From: an uncultured Tateyamaria sp.
Lineage (GTDB): Bacteria > Pseudomonadota > Alphaproteobacteria > Rhodobacterales > Rhodobacteraceae
Length of the DNA: 64,000 nt
NCBI RefSeq assembly: GCF_947497045.1
Contig: NZ_CANMEU010000015.1
Location: forward strand, 3,470 to 67,469
Reading direction: 5' to 3'
The notes under the pieces are model-generated. The model ran no database searches and had not been told where the DNA came from. It worked only from the letters and a program-made list of their open reading frames with translations. Shown here piece by piece: positions 9,148 through 17,051 of the stretch; the stretch's first letter is position 1; each line of letters begins with the position of its first letter. Both the position numbers and the translations under genes were made by a program.

Positions 9148-9981
9148 TCAGTTGCGCACGGAGGGGGACTCGACTGCAAGGCCCTGACCACGAGACGCAA
9201 GATACAGCTCAAGCGCCTTGAACTCATCACCACCTTCGGCAAACGGTGTCGCACGAATATTCTTCATGCAGCCTTTGAAACGCCCATGCGTGGAGTTCAG
9301 CTTGGCATTTTTCAAACGATAGGTCGGGAAACCGTTGATTTGCCCCTGTGAAAGGTGATCGGCGCGGATCATCGTACCGTAGTTGTCCTCGTGGCAGTTG
9401 GAGCAGGACATATCCAGCTGACCGACACGGGTGTAGTACAGCTCTTTGCCTTTTTCCCAGAAGGGAGCTGCATCGCCGTCAATCGCCACATCGATTGGCA
9501 TGCCGCGCGACTGCAACCCGATCAGGGCCGTCACAGCAGTCATCTGGCCACCAGACCATTTCCAGGGCTCTGCACCCATCCGTTCGGTCCGGCAGGTGTT
9601 GACAAGATTTTCCATGGAAACCAGTTTACCGTCCTGAACGCGCGGCAGTTGCGGGCGCAGACCGGCAAAATCCTCGATGTTCTCGTGACAGGATGAGCAT
9701 GCCTTGCCCTCCGTGCCGTCAATCTTGCCGAACTGATCAATGCCCTGATCGACAAAGACCATTGCAGGATTGTCAAAGTCGTCCGTTTGCAGTGCCTGCG
9801 TTTCGCCAGAGCGGAAACGCCACCCCGAATAAATCGTGTCGACATTTTCCATATGTGAGGGTGCCGCGGCCTCAGTGACAAGGGCTGTGCCCTCAACATT
9901 GAGCGCTTTGCTATCCTGTGCGACAGCAGCCCCGCCAAAACCCATTGCGACCAGCGCAACCCATGGTGCAGACTTCATCAT
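9148..9981 (-). CDS. soxA: Di-haem cytochrome c of the SoxAX complex
   Basis: The start was moved to MMKSAPWVALVAMGFGG (signal peptide, GGAGGG upstream). The longer ORF would overlap soxZ. Two CxxCH motifs (CSSCH, CSNCH). Confidence 0.9.
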   Translation of the reverse strand: MMKSAPWVALVAMGFGGAAVAQDSKALNVEGTALVTEAAAPSHMENVDTIYSGWRFRSGETQALQTDDFDNPAMVFVDQGIDQFGKIDGTEGKACSSCHENIEDFAGLRPQLPRVQDGKLVSMENLVNTCRTERMGAEPWKWSGGQMTAVTALIGLQSRGMPIDVAIDGDAAPFWEKGKELYYTRVGQLDMSCSNCHEDNYGTMIRADHLSQGQINGFPTYRLKNAKLNSTHGRFKGCMKNIRATPFAEGGDEFKALELYLASRGQGLAVESPSVRN

Positions 9982-10009
9982 ATTCCCTCCCTGACAATCC
10001 TGCGTTTTC

Positions 10010-10339
10010 TTATGAGACAGTGATTGACTTGGTTTCCTTGTAAATATCCCCGTCGTCGTCGTACCATGTGAACTGGAAGTCACCGGATTCAGGGACAACA
10101 GCCTCGAACTGGAAGTAGGGGTTTGTCGAGATCGCAGGTTCAAGCGTTACGTCAATGACGTTCTGGCCGTTAAAATCCGCCGTAAAGCGATTGATGATCG
10201 AACGCGGGATGATGTTGCCGTCATCATCCTTGCGCTGACCACTTTCCATCTTGTGGCTGATCAGCGTCTTGATGGTGATCGTATCACCCGCTGCGGCGTT
10301 CTTTGGGACTTTGACCCGTGGTTTTACACCAGATGCCAT
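10010..10339 (-). CDS. soxZ: Sulfur-compound chelating protein
   Basis: 109 aa, directly downstream of soxY. Contains the LISHKMESG motif. Confidence 0.9.
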   Translation of the reverse strand: MASGVKPRVKVPKNAAAGDTITIKTLISHKMESGQRKDDDGNIIPRSIINRFTADFNGQNVIDVTLEPAISTNPYFQFEAVVPESGDFQFTWYDDDGDIYKETKSITVS

Positions 10340-10362
10340 GGTTTATCTCCTTGTCTGTTTGC

Positions 10363-10785
10363 TTAGCCGCCGCAGCCGCCAATTGTGACTTTCACGTTGG
10401 CTTTCGCCATCTGGAATGAGCCGTCTTCCATCTTGGCCACAGCGACGACATTCTGCGTGGTGGCGAGCCGGATCCGCGTAGACGCGCTGCGCGACGCGCT
10501 GAGTGGGCCGAATTTGAAGGTTGCGACGTTCGGAACCGGGTTGCCGTCCGCGTATAGCGTCACTTCGACGGCACCGGGCGCGTCGACTTCGATTGGGACA
10601 GTGTTGCCGTTCTCAGCGATTTCCGGCGCGGTCAGCTTGATGGTGCCCTCACCCACATCCGCCCCGCCCGTCAGCTCGGCAATCGCATCATCTGTCAGGC
10701 TCGCAAATGCAGGCAGGCTGGACAGCGTTGCAAAAGCAACTGATCCGGCACTGAGGGCAAGAATCTTTCTACGTGTCAGTTCCAT
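10363..10785 (-). CDS. soxY: Sulfur carrier protein
   Basis: Tat-like signal. The diagnostic C-terminal GGCGG is present. Confidence 0.95.
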   Translation of the reverse strand: MELTRRKILALSAGSVAFATLSSLPAFASLTDDAIAELTGGADVGEGTIKLTAPEIAENGNTVPIEVDAPGAVEVTLYADGNPVPNVATFKFGPLSASRSASTRIRLATTQNVVAVAKMEDGSFQMAKANVKVTIGGCGG

Positions 10786-10807
10786 GTGAACCTCCGAATT
10801 GAGAAGT

Positions 10808-11263
10808 TTAGTCTTCTTTGAGCGTTATAAGGTAGGCAACGATGTCCTCGACCTGTTGTGCGGTCAGGATGCTCTTGCCTGCGAATTCGTCCAGCGGGCG
10901 TTCATAGCCGCTGTCGACGTAAAAGGCGGGCATGATCGTGCCCTCAAACATCATCTTTGAATTGGTCACGATGCCGCGCAGTTCAGCTTTGGTCCACCGA
11001 TCCGCGACCCCATCCATTGGTGGGCCCACTTCGCCGTGAAAGCTTTCCTCGGGCAAATCGGCATTCATGTGACATGCAAGGCAATTTCCCTGCTTGCGGT
11101 TGGCAAACACTTTGCGACCGTTCGCCGGGTCACCTGCTGTACTTGTCAGCGCGGCCTCAACCGACCCATCCGCAAAGGACACGGCCATCGGCTTCACATC
11201 CTCAGCGAAAGCCATTGATGCGCCAAAAACGGCGATCGCGGCAAATCCCATTGCGTGTTTCAT
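10808..11263 (-). CDS. soxX: Mono-haem cytochrome c of SoxAX
   Basis: Signal peptide, a single CLACH motif, 151 aa, first gene of the soxXYZAB run. Confidence 0.85.
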   Translation of the reverse strand: MKHAMGFAAIAVFGASMAFAEDVKPMAVSFADGSVEAALTSTAGDPANGRKVFANRKQGNCLACHMNADLPEESFHGEVGPPMDGVADRWTKAELRGIVTNSKMMFEGTIMPAFYVDSGYERPLDEFAGKSILTAQQVEDIVAYLITLKED

Positions 11264-11339
11264 GTACCCTCCCTAGGCAGATTCTTCACGGATCTTTTTT
11301 CGGTACACTACGGCACACCCAGTTTCTGATGCAACGATA

Positions 11340-11357
11340 AATTCAATTACATGAATT
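11340..11357. promoter_or_regulatory. Inverted repeat AATTCA-N6-TGAATT in the soxW-soxX spacer, candidate SoxR operator
   Basis: Read directly, within a 150-nt AT-rich spacer upstream of soxX. Confidence 0.3.
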
Positions 11358-11412
11358 TTAATATGTTTGCGCGCACAGCATCAGTAAGGCAATTGTCTTC
11401 CCGGATTCGGCA

Positions 11413-11973
11413 CTACTGGGATTGTTCCGCAAATTTGCGTGCGTGGTATTTCTGGAAGGGTTCATCACTCTTGTACCCTTCCTCCACCACCCAGCTAAGC
11501 ATGTTGAGAGTGGTCCAGTGCCCAAAGGCACCCGGCATGTTTGCAACGGCAGCCTGCGGTACGGTTTGGCTGCGTTCAACCTCTTGCGGGAGGAAGTAGA
11601 TGTTGGGCGTGAACAAGGCACCCCATCGCTTTGCCATGTCTTTCTCAGGCAACACTGTCCCGTCAAAATCAGTGACCTCCACGTCGCCAAACATGTTGAT
11701 CTGCACAACAAAGTATTTGTCTTCAATGTACTGCGCGATTTCTGGCACCACAAAGACTTCTTCGTGCATCTTCCTGCAGTAAATGCAGCCGCGCTGCTCG
11801 ATGATGACCATCAGGCGTTTGCCTTCCGCGTTTGCCTCGGCCAGATCTTCCCCCAGATCCTTGAACGTGTCACGCATCCAGTCCGCCTTGTGCAAACCGT
11901 CATCACCCAATTCGGCGGCATGCAGGCTTGTGGCGATCATGCACGCCGCGAGAAATGCCAAAAATCGTTTCAT
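11413..11973 (-). CDS. soxW: Periplasmic thioredoxin
   Basis: The start was moved to MKRFLAFLAACMIATSLHA (AGGAGG 8 nt upstream). CxxC motif (CIYC). The longer ORF would overlap soxV. Confidence 0.8.
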   Translation of the reverse strand: MKRFLAFLAACMIATSLHAAELGDDGLHKADWMRDTFKDLGEDLAEANAEGKRLMVIIEQRGCIYCRKMHEEVFVVPEIAQYIEDKYFVVQINMFGDVEVTDFDGTVLPEKDMAKRWGALFTPNIYFLPQEVERSQTVPQAAVANMPGAFGHWTTLNMLSWVVEEGYKSDEPFQKYHARKFAEQSQ

Positions 11974-11984
11974 GCGTTTTCCTC

Positions 11985-12725
11985 CTATCCAATGGCAGAG
12001 AACCAAGGGATGGTCTCCAGCATCCATTGCGCAATGTAGTTGATGGAATTGGTGGCGATCAGCACACCAAACAGGATGAGCAGCACGCCCATCCCCTTTT
12101 CCACAAGCCCAAGATGACGCCGGAAACGTGCCATGAACCGAATGAATGGCCCGATGAAAAGCGCGGCGATCACAAATGGCAAAGTCATCCCGACACCATA
12201 GACGAACAACAGCCCGGCCCCTTGCCCGGCTGTTTCCTGACCCGCAGCCGTAAAGAGGATCGCGGCCAGAACGGGCCCGACGCAGGGTGTCCAGCCAAAG
12301 GCAAAGGCCAGCCCGATCACAAAGGCACCAATGTAACTGACCTTTGAGCCGTTGCCCGCATCTGCCCGAAATTGTCGGTAAAGGATGCCGATCCGGATCA
12401 CACCCAGAAAATGCAGGCCCATCGCGATGATGATGCCCGCAGCAACCCAACGCAGCACGTCAAAATACTCTCGCACCATTTGGCCAAAGATCGTGGCAGT
12501 CGCGCCAAGACCCATAAACACGACAATCACCCCGAAAGCGAAGAACAGCGCAGAGATCACCGCCCGGCGACGCACGGCCCCGGTCACCTCGGCTTCTGCA
12601 CTGATCTGGTTCATCCCGACCCCTGCCAGATAGCTGAGATAGAACGGGACAATCGGCAGAATGCACGGAGATAAAAAGGAGAGCAGACCTGCGACCAACG
12701 CCCCAACGAACGTGACATCAAACAT
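11985..12725 (-). CDS. soxV: CcdA/DsbD-type thiol-disulfide membrane transporter
   Basis: Multi-TM protein with the two conserved Cys-Pro contexts (LSPCILP, WTPCVGP). I prefer the ATG at 12725 over the TTG at 12728. Confidence 0.85.
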   Translation of the reverse strand: MFDVTFVGALVAGLLSFLSPCILPIVPFYLSYLAGVGMNQISAEAEVTGAVRRRAVISALFFAFGVIVVFMGLGATATIFGQMVREYFDVLRWVAAGIIIAMGLHFLGVIRIGILYRQFRADAGNGSKVSYIGAFVIGLAFAFGWTPCVGPVLAAILFTAAGQETAGQGAGLLFVYGVGMTLPFVIAALFIGPFIRFMARFRRHLGLVEKGMGVLLILFGVLIATNSINYIAQWMLETIPWFSAIG

Positions 12726-12743
12726 CAAGTGCCGCCTCTTGCC

Positions 12744-12756
12744 TTGAAGTATTCAA
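12744..12756. promoter_or_regulatory. Palindrome TTGAAgtaTTCAA in the soxV-soxS divergent spacer, candidate SoxR operator
   Basis: Read directly. The TGAA/TTCA half-sites resemble ArsR/SmtB-type operators. Confidence 0.3.
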
Positions 12757-12766
12757 AGATTAGATT

Positions 12767-13171
12767 ATGATGTATACAACAAATACGTCAACCACGGGAA
12801 TTCAAGCAGTGTTGAAAGTGGTCTCACTGGCCTTTGGTCTCGCGCTTCCTTTGCCAGCAGCAGCAGACACGTATCTTCTGATGGCAGAGGAAAGTGGATG
12901 CTATTGGTGCGCGCGCTGGAACGAAGAAATCGCACATATCTATCCGAAAACCACTGAGGGCCAGATAGCGCCACTCCGGCGCTATGACCTGCACAGTGAA
13001 ACGCCTGATGTGGATTTTGCCAAAAAAGTGCACTTCACGCCGACATTCATCCTTGTTGAGGACGGAAAAGAACAAGGACGTATCGAGGGGTATCCAGGCG
13101 AGGACTTTTTCTGGGGTTTGCTGACAATGATGTTCGAGGGGGCAAACATCTCCTTGGAAAAGGCGAGCTAG
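12767..13171 (+). CDS. soxS: Periplasmic thioredoxin-like protein
   Basis: Hydrophobic leader and a CxxC motif (CYWC). A GTG at 12809 is an alternative start. Confidence 0.7.
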   Translation: MMYTTNTSTTGIQAVLKVVSLAFGLALPLPAAADTYLLMAEESGCYWCARWNEEIAHIYPKTTEGQIAPLRRYDLHSETPDVDFAKKVHFTPTFILVEDGKEQGRIEGYPGEDFFWGLLTMMFEGANISLEKAS

Positions 13172-13177
13172 GTCAAT

Positions 13178-13561
13178 ATGAAAATGAAGATGTCCATCGA
13201 TTCTGATACATCAGTCGTTACGCCCTCCGGATTGCCCGTGTTCAACAAGAATATGTGCGCGGAAGATATCGACAAAATGATGCAGAACGCTCAGGAGGCT
13301 TCCAACTTTCTCAAGGCCATCAGCCATGAGGGAAGGTTGATGATCCTGTGCCACCTCGCGTCCGGCGAAAAGACCGTTACCGAGCTCGAAGAATTGTTAT
13401 CGGCACGTCAGTCTGCGGTATCGCAACAACTGTCACGGTTGCGCCTGGAAGGGATCGTCAAGCCCCGCAGAGATGGTAAGGCGATATACTACAGCTTGAC
13501 AGACAGCCGCTCCACACAAATCATGGAAGTGGTCTACGAACTGTTCTGCAAGCAGGACTGA
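13178..13561 (+). CDS. soxR: ArsR-family repressor
   Basis: ArsR wHTH (LKAISHEGRLMILCHL ... TVTELEELLSARQSAVSQQLSRLRLEGIV). Confidence 0.85.
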   Translation: MKMKMSIDSDTSVVTPSGLPVFNKNMCAEDIDKMMQNAQEASNFLKAISHEGRLMILCHLASGEKTVTELEELLSARQSAVSQQLSRLRLEGIVKPRRDGKAIYYSLTDSRSTQIMEVVYELFCKQD

Positions 13562-13579
13562 CCTGATGCCTCGCCAGTA

Positions 13580-14653
13580 TTGGGTACTGGGAGGGAAGCT
13601 ATGCTGGAATTTATCGGAGAGACGAATGCCGTCGCTCTTATTGGCCTTTTGGGTGGGATCGCCCTTGGCCTTGCTGCGCGCATCGGTCGGTTTTGCACCT
13701 TGGGCGCAATCGAGGATGTCCTTTACGGCGCTGACGACCGCCGCTTGCGCATGTGGGGTATCGCAATAGGCATCGCCATAATTGGGACCCATATCGCCAT
13801 GCCCCTGGGTTTGTTCGAGAGTGCAGAAACCGCATATCTGGATCGGGTCTGGAACCCCGTCGGAACGATCATTGGTGGTTTGTTGTTCGGCTACGGCATG
13901 GCCCTCAGCGGCAACTGCGGTTACGGTGCACTTGCCCGTTTGGGCGGGGGCGATTTGCGGTCTTTCGTCATCGTGCTTGTGATGGGGCTGTCGGCCTATT
14001 TTGTCATGTCCGGCCCGTTGGCACACGCCCGTGTCTGGCTTTTCCCTGTGGAAAACGACGCATCCTCGCCCCAAGGGTTTACTCAACTACTGTCAGCCGT
14101 CGGTGTCTCCCCACTTGTTACCGGCCTTGTGGCCGGTGGGGCACTGCTGATCTTTACACTGTCCAAGGCCGAAATGCGGGCGTCTCCATCGTATATCTTC
14201 TGGGGCGCTGTGGTCGGATTGGCTATCGTCACAGGCTGGCTTGGCACATTCTGGGTGGCCGCATACGGTTTCGAAGCCGAGCCCATCGAAACACATACAT
14301 TCGCCGCCCCGATCGGAGACACAATCCTCTACAGCATGACAGCATCGGGCAACACCCTGTCTTTCAGTGTCGGGTCCGTTGTCGGCGTCGTCATTGGCGC
14401 GGCCCTTGGCTCCTACTCGAAAGGTCATTTCCGATGGGAAGCCTGTGAAGATCCCCGCGAACTGCGACGACAGATACTCGGTGCCGCGATCATGGGACCA
14501 GGTGCCATCCTGGCAGTTGGGTGTAGCGTCGGTCAGGGCATTTCGGCCTTTTCTGTCTTGGCATTCAGCGCCCCTGTTGCCTTCGTTGCAATCTTACTTG
14601 GTGCTGCCTTTGGCCTGAAACAATTGATCACGGGGTTTGCACCCGCCGAGTAG
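13580..14653 (+). CDS. soxT: YeeE/YedE-family sulfur-compound permease
   Basis: 357 aa polytopic membrane protein with conserved Cys-containing loops (GRFCTLGA, SGNCGYGA, VGCSVGQG). Confidence 0.75.
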   Translation: MGTGREAMLEFIGETNAVALIGLLGGIALGLAARIGRFCTLGAIEDVLYGADDRRLRMWGIAIGIAIIGTHIAMPLGLFESAETAYLDRVWNPVGTIIGGLLFGYGMALSGNCGYGALARLGGGDLRSFVIVLVMGLSAYFVMSGPLAHARVWLFPVENDASSPQGFTQLLSAVGVSPLVTGLVAGGALLIFTLSKAEMRASPSYIFWGAVVGLAIVTGWLGTFWVAAYGFEAEPIETHTFAAPIGDTILYSMTASGNTLSFSVGSVVGVVIGAALGSYSKGHFRWEACEDPRELRRQILGAAIMGPGAILAVGCSVGQGISAFSVLAFSAPVAFVAILLGAAFGLKQLITGFAPAE

Positions 14654-15026
14654 GACCTTGCACACCTCGCCTGTCGTTCTCTCGGGACTCTTCACAGGCT
14701 TCCCACCGGATCGCTCACCGTCGCGCCAACGGGGTCGACGTCAGAACCATTCAGGTTTGGGTTCAACAAATCGCGGCCAGAGCGAAGGGTTGCGAGGAAA
14801 GATGGGGCAAGATCAGGCAGGCAGGTCGCGTGACGTAGCGAAATGCGCTCGCTCCGCAAACCCCACGCCCGGCCAGCATCCGGTTGGCGTCACCAGAATC
14901 ACGAAACATGGCGGGAGTGCGCAAAACATTCCTGACCATTTTAATCAGAAAGGGTTGCCTTGTACGCTCAATCCTGTAATTGACTATTTCTGTAAGGTTA
15001 ATACCCCAGGAACCGGGAGAGCTTCC

Positions 15027-16046
15027 ATGACGACCAAAACAACATTCGTAACGCTGGCCACACTGGCGATCACAGCCACCAGCGCCGTGGCCGAAGGCGA
15101 GTTGAACCTCTATTCGTCGCGCCACTATGATACAGACGAACGGCTCTATTCTGACTTCACCGAAGCCACCGGAATCACCATCAACCGCATCGAGGGCAAA
15201 GCCGACGAACTGATCGAGCGGATGAAAGCCGAGGGCGCGAACTCGCCCGCTGACGTCCTGTTAACGGTCGACACATCCCGGCTCGAACGCGCCAAGGATG
15301 CGGATGTTCTGCAATCCATCGACAGCGACGTGCTTGAGCGGCGTATCCCCGCCAGCCTGCAAGATGCCGACAACCAGTGGTTCGGTTTTTCGCAACGCGC
15401 GCGGATCATTTTCTATGACAAGAACGATGTGACAAACCCACCCCAGACCTACGTCGATCTGGCGGACCCCGCCTATAAGGGTCAGGTGTGCCACCGCTCG
15501 TCCTCAAATGTGTATTCCCAAACCCTTTTGTCTGCCGTGATCGAGAACCACGGAGAAGAGGCGGCCAAGACTTGGGCGCAGGGCGTCGTTGACAACTTTG
15601 CACGCGCGCCTCAGGGCGGTGACACCGACCAGCTGCGGGGTCTTGTGTCGGGTGAATGCGACATCTCGATTTCAAACACCTATTACTTCGCCCGTGCCGT
15701 GCGCAAAGACGTTGATGGCCTGCCCGCAGAGGCGCGCGCCGATATCGGTTGGGTCTTTCCTGCCCAAAACGGCGAAGGGGCCCACATGAACCTGTCGGGT
15801 GGTGGCGTCGCCGCCAACGCGCCGAACAAGGACAACGCGATCAAGTTCATGGAATATCTGGCAAGCGATCAGGCGCAGCAGTATTTTTCGGCCGGCAATG
15901 ATGAGTATCCAGCCGTGCCGGGCGTGGGTCTCAGCCCGTCAGTGGCAAGTCTTGGGCTGTTCCGCCCTGACTCGGTTGATCTGAGCAAAGTGGCGAAGAA
16001 CGTGCCAACAGCGCAAAGGATCTTCAATGACGTGGGTTGGGAATAA
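15027..16046 (+). CDS. Fe(3+) ABC-transporter periplasmic binding protein (FbpA/AfuA-like)
   Basis: The start was moved to MTTKTTFVTLATLAITATSAVAEG (signal peptide). Followed by ELNLYSSRHYDTDERLY... The 130 upstream codons of the ORF are not protein-like. Confidence 0.85.
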   Translation: MTTKTTFVTLATLAITATSAVAEGELNLYSSRHYDTDERLYSDFTEATGITINRIEGKADELIERMKAEGANSPADVLLTVDTSRLERAKDADVLQSIDSDVLERRIPASLQDADNQWFGFSQRARIIFYDKNDVTNPPQTYVDLADPAYKGQVCHRSSSNVYSQTLLSAVIENHGEEAAKTWAQGVVDNFARAPQGGDTDQLRGLVSGECDISISNTYYFARAVRKDVDGLPAEARADIGWVFPAQNGEGAHMNLSGGGVAANAPNKDNAIKFMEYLASDQAQQYFSAGNDEYPAVPGVGLSPSVASLGLFRPDSVDLSKVAKNVPTAQRIFNDVGWE

Positions 16047-16070
16047 CCCATCCGGCAAAAAAACAGACAA

Positions 16071-16103
16071 AGGCGCGGCGGAAACCCGCGCCTTTTTCTT
16101 TTC
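16071..16103 (+). terminator. Rho-independent terminator
   Basis: GGCGCGG-cggaaac-CCGCGCC followed by TTTTTCTTTTCTT. Confidence 0.75.
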
Positions 16104-16218
16104 TTAGTTTAATACTCTGGATTGACGTATCCGACTAAAACAGTCAACATCTCTACAGTGAGTCTCAGCCACCCGACATTGGACAGCCCGGACGCCCCGA
16201 TTTGACAGGAGCTGAGAC

Positions 16219-16371
16219 ATGGCAAAGACCCAGAAACGCGAGGGTACCGACGCGATCAAGCGTTGCGAAAGAGATTGGCGTCGCGAGTTGTTGCAGGAGG
16301 CCATGATGGGGGCCGTGCCCGCTGACCAGTGCCTCGAACGCATGCTCGATCATCTGGAGCGGACCCCATGA
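16219..16371 (+). CDS. Unannotated 50-aa ORF upstream of hemP (MAKTQKREGTDAIKRCERDWRRELLQEAMMGAVPADQCLERMLDHLERTP)
   Basis: AGGAG lies 8 nt upstream. Third codon positions are G/C-rich. Its stop overlaps the hemP ATG (ATGA). It is below the 60-aa cutoff of the ORF track. Confidence 0.35.
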   Translation: MAKTQKREGTDAIKRCERDWRRELLQEAMMGAVPADQCLERMLDHLERTP

Positions 16372-16541
16372 ACGCGATGAGCCAAATTCCCGGCACCACC
16401 GCCGCCCCGGATCGGCAAACGATCGACACCTATGATGCCCGCGCGCTGATCAAGGACGGCGTTCAGGCCTGCATCGTTCTGGACGCGCAAATCTACTACC
16501 TGCGTATCACGCGTGCCGGAAAGTTGATCCTTACAAAATGA
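16368..16541 (+). CDS. hemP: Hemin uptake protein HemP
   Basis: The C-terminal signature YYLRITRAGKLILTK is characteristic of HemP. I prefer the ATG at 16368 over the GTG at 16329. Confidence 0.8.
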   Translation: MNAMSQIPGTTAAPDRQTIDTYDARALIKDGVQACIVLDAQIYYLRITRAGKLILTK

Positions 16542-17017
16542 CACCTCCACATCACGCACACGGCGGTGCCGCCATCGCCGCCCTGACCAGCATGGACGCT
16601 TGGGAAGCCGACTTGATCCTGAATCTGCGCCTTTGGTGCGACGGACCACGCGGTCAGGCAAAGGCCCGCCATGCCTATCACAACCTCTTCCCCGAGACAG
16701 AGGCGGATCGCGCGTGGTATATGTTCGAAACCCTGGTGACCAAGATTGTCGGGACCGCGAACCGCCCCCTTGTCCGGCACCAGCTTGGCTGCAACTGCGT
16801 CGGCTCGGATGAATGCGTCTTTGTGCATCTGATCCGCACCGCCTCTGACGGGCACCTGAACGATGCGGCCCTGATCGCCACATTGCTGTCCGGGGCAGCC
16901 CATGCCGAACATATCGCCATCCTCGCAGGCGAGGTTGGCAGCATCGCCCGCAGCTTTCACCGCAAACGCAAACCGCAATCGACCGCCGCCGCACCCAACG
17001 TGGTGCGCCTGCACTAG
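16538..17017 (+). CDS. Hypothetical protein, paralogue of 18434-18898
   Basis: ATGA overlap with hemP. The segment RPLVRHQLGCNCVGSDECVFVHLIRTASDGHLNDAALIATLL aligns by eye with the paralogue. Confidence 0.6.
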   Translation: MTPPHHAHGGAAIAALTSMDAWEADLILNLRLWCDGPRGQAKARHAYHNLFPETEADRAWYMFETLVTKIVGTANRPLVRHQLGCNCVGSDECVFVHLIRTASDGHLNDAALIATLLSGAAHAEHIAILAGEVGSIARSFHRKRKPQSTAAAPNVVRLH

Positions 17018-17051
17018 ACCCGCTGAATGAACCAACAAGGGACAGCCACCT

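Noticed and set aside
9982-10143. N-terminal extensions of soxA (into soxZ), soxW (11974-12450, into soxV), the flippase (52051-52299, into the acyltransferase), and of manC, glgB, hyuAB, parA and the second imelysin gene.
   Set aside because: The extensions overlap upstream genes in another frame. Internal starts give signal peptides or canonical N-termini with an SD or stop-start coupling.
11364-11373. TTGCGCGCA(A) palindromes near 11365 and 38925.
   Set aside because: At this GC content a 9-10-mer is expected roughly once by chance in 128 kb of two-strand sequence. I found no supporting context.
14637-15026. A 130-codon N-terminal extension of the FbpA ORF.
   Set aside because: It has no protein-like features. 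A signal peptide begins at the internal ATG at 15027.
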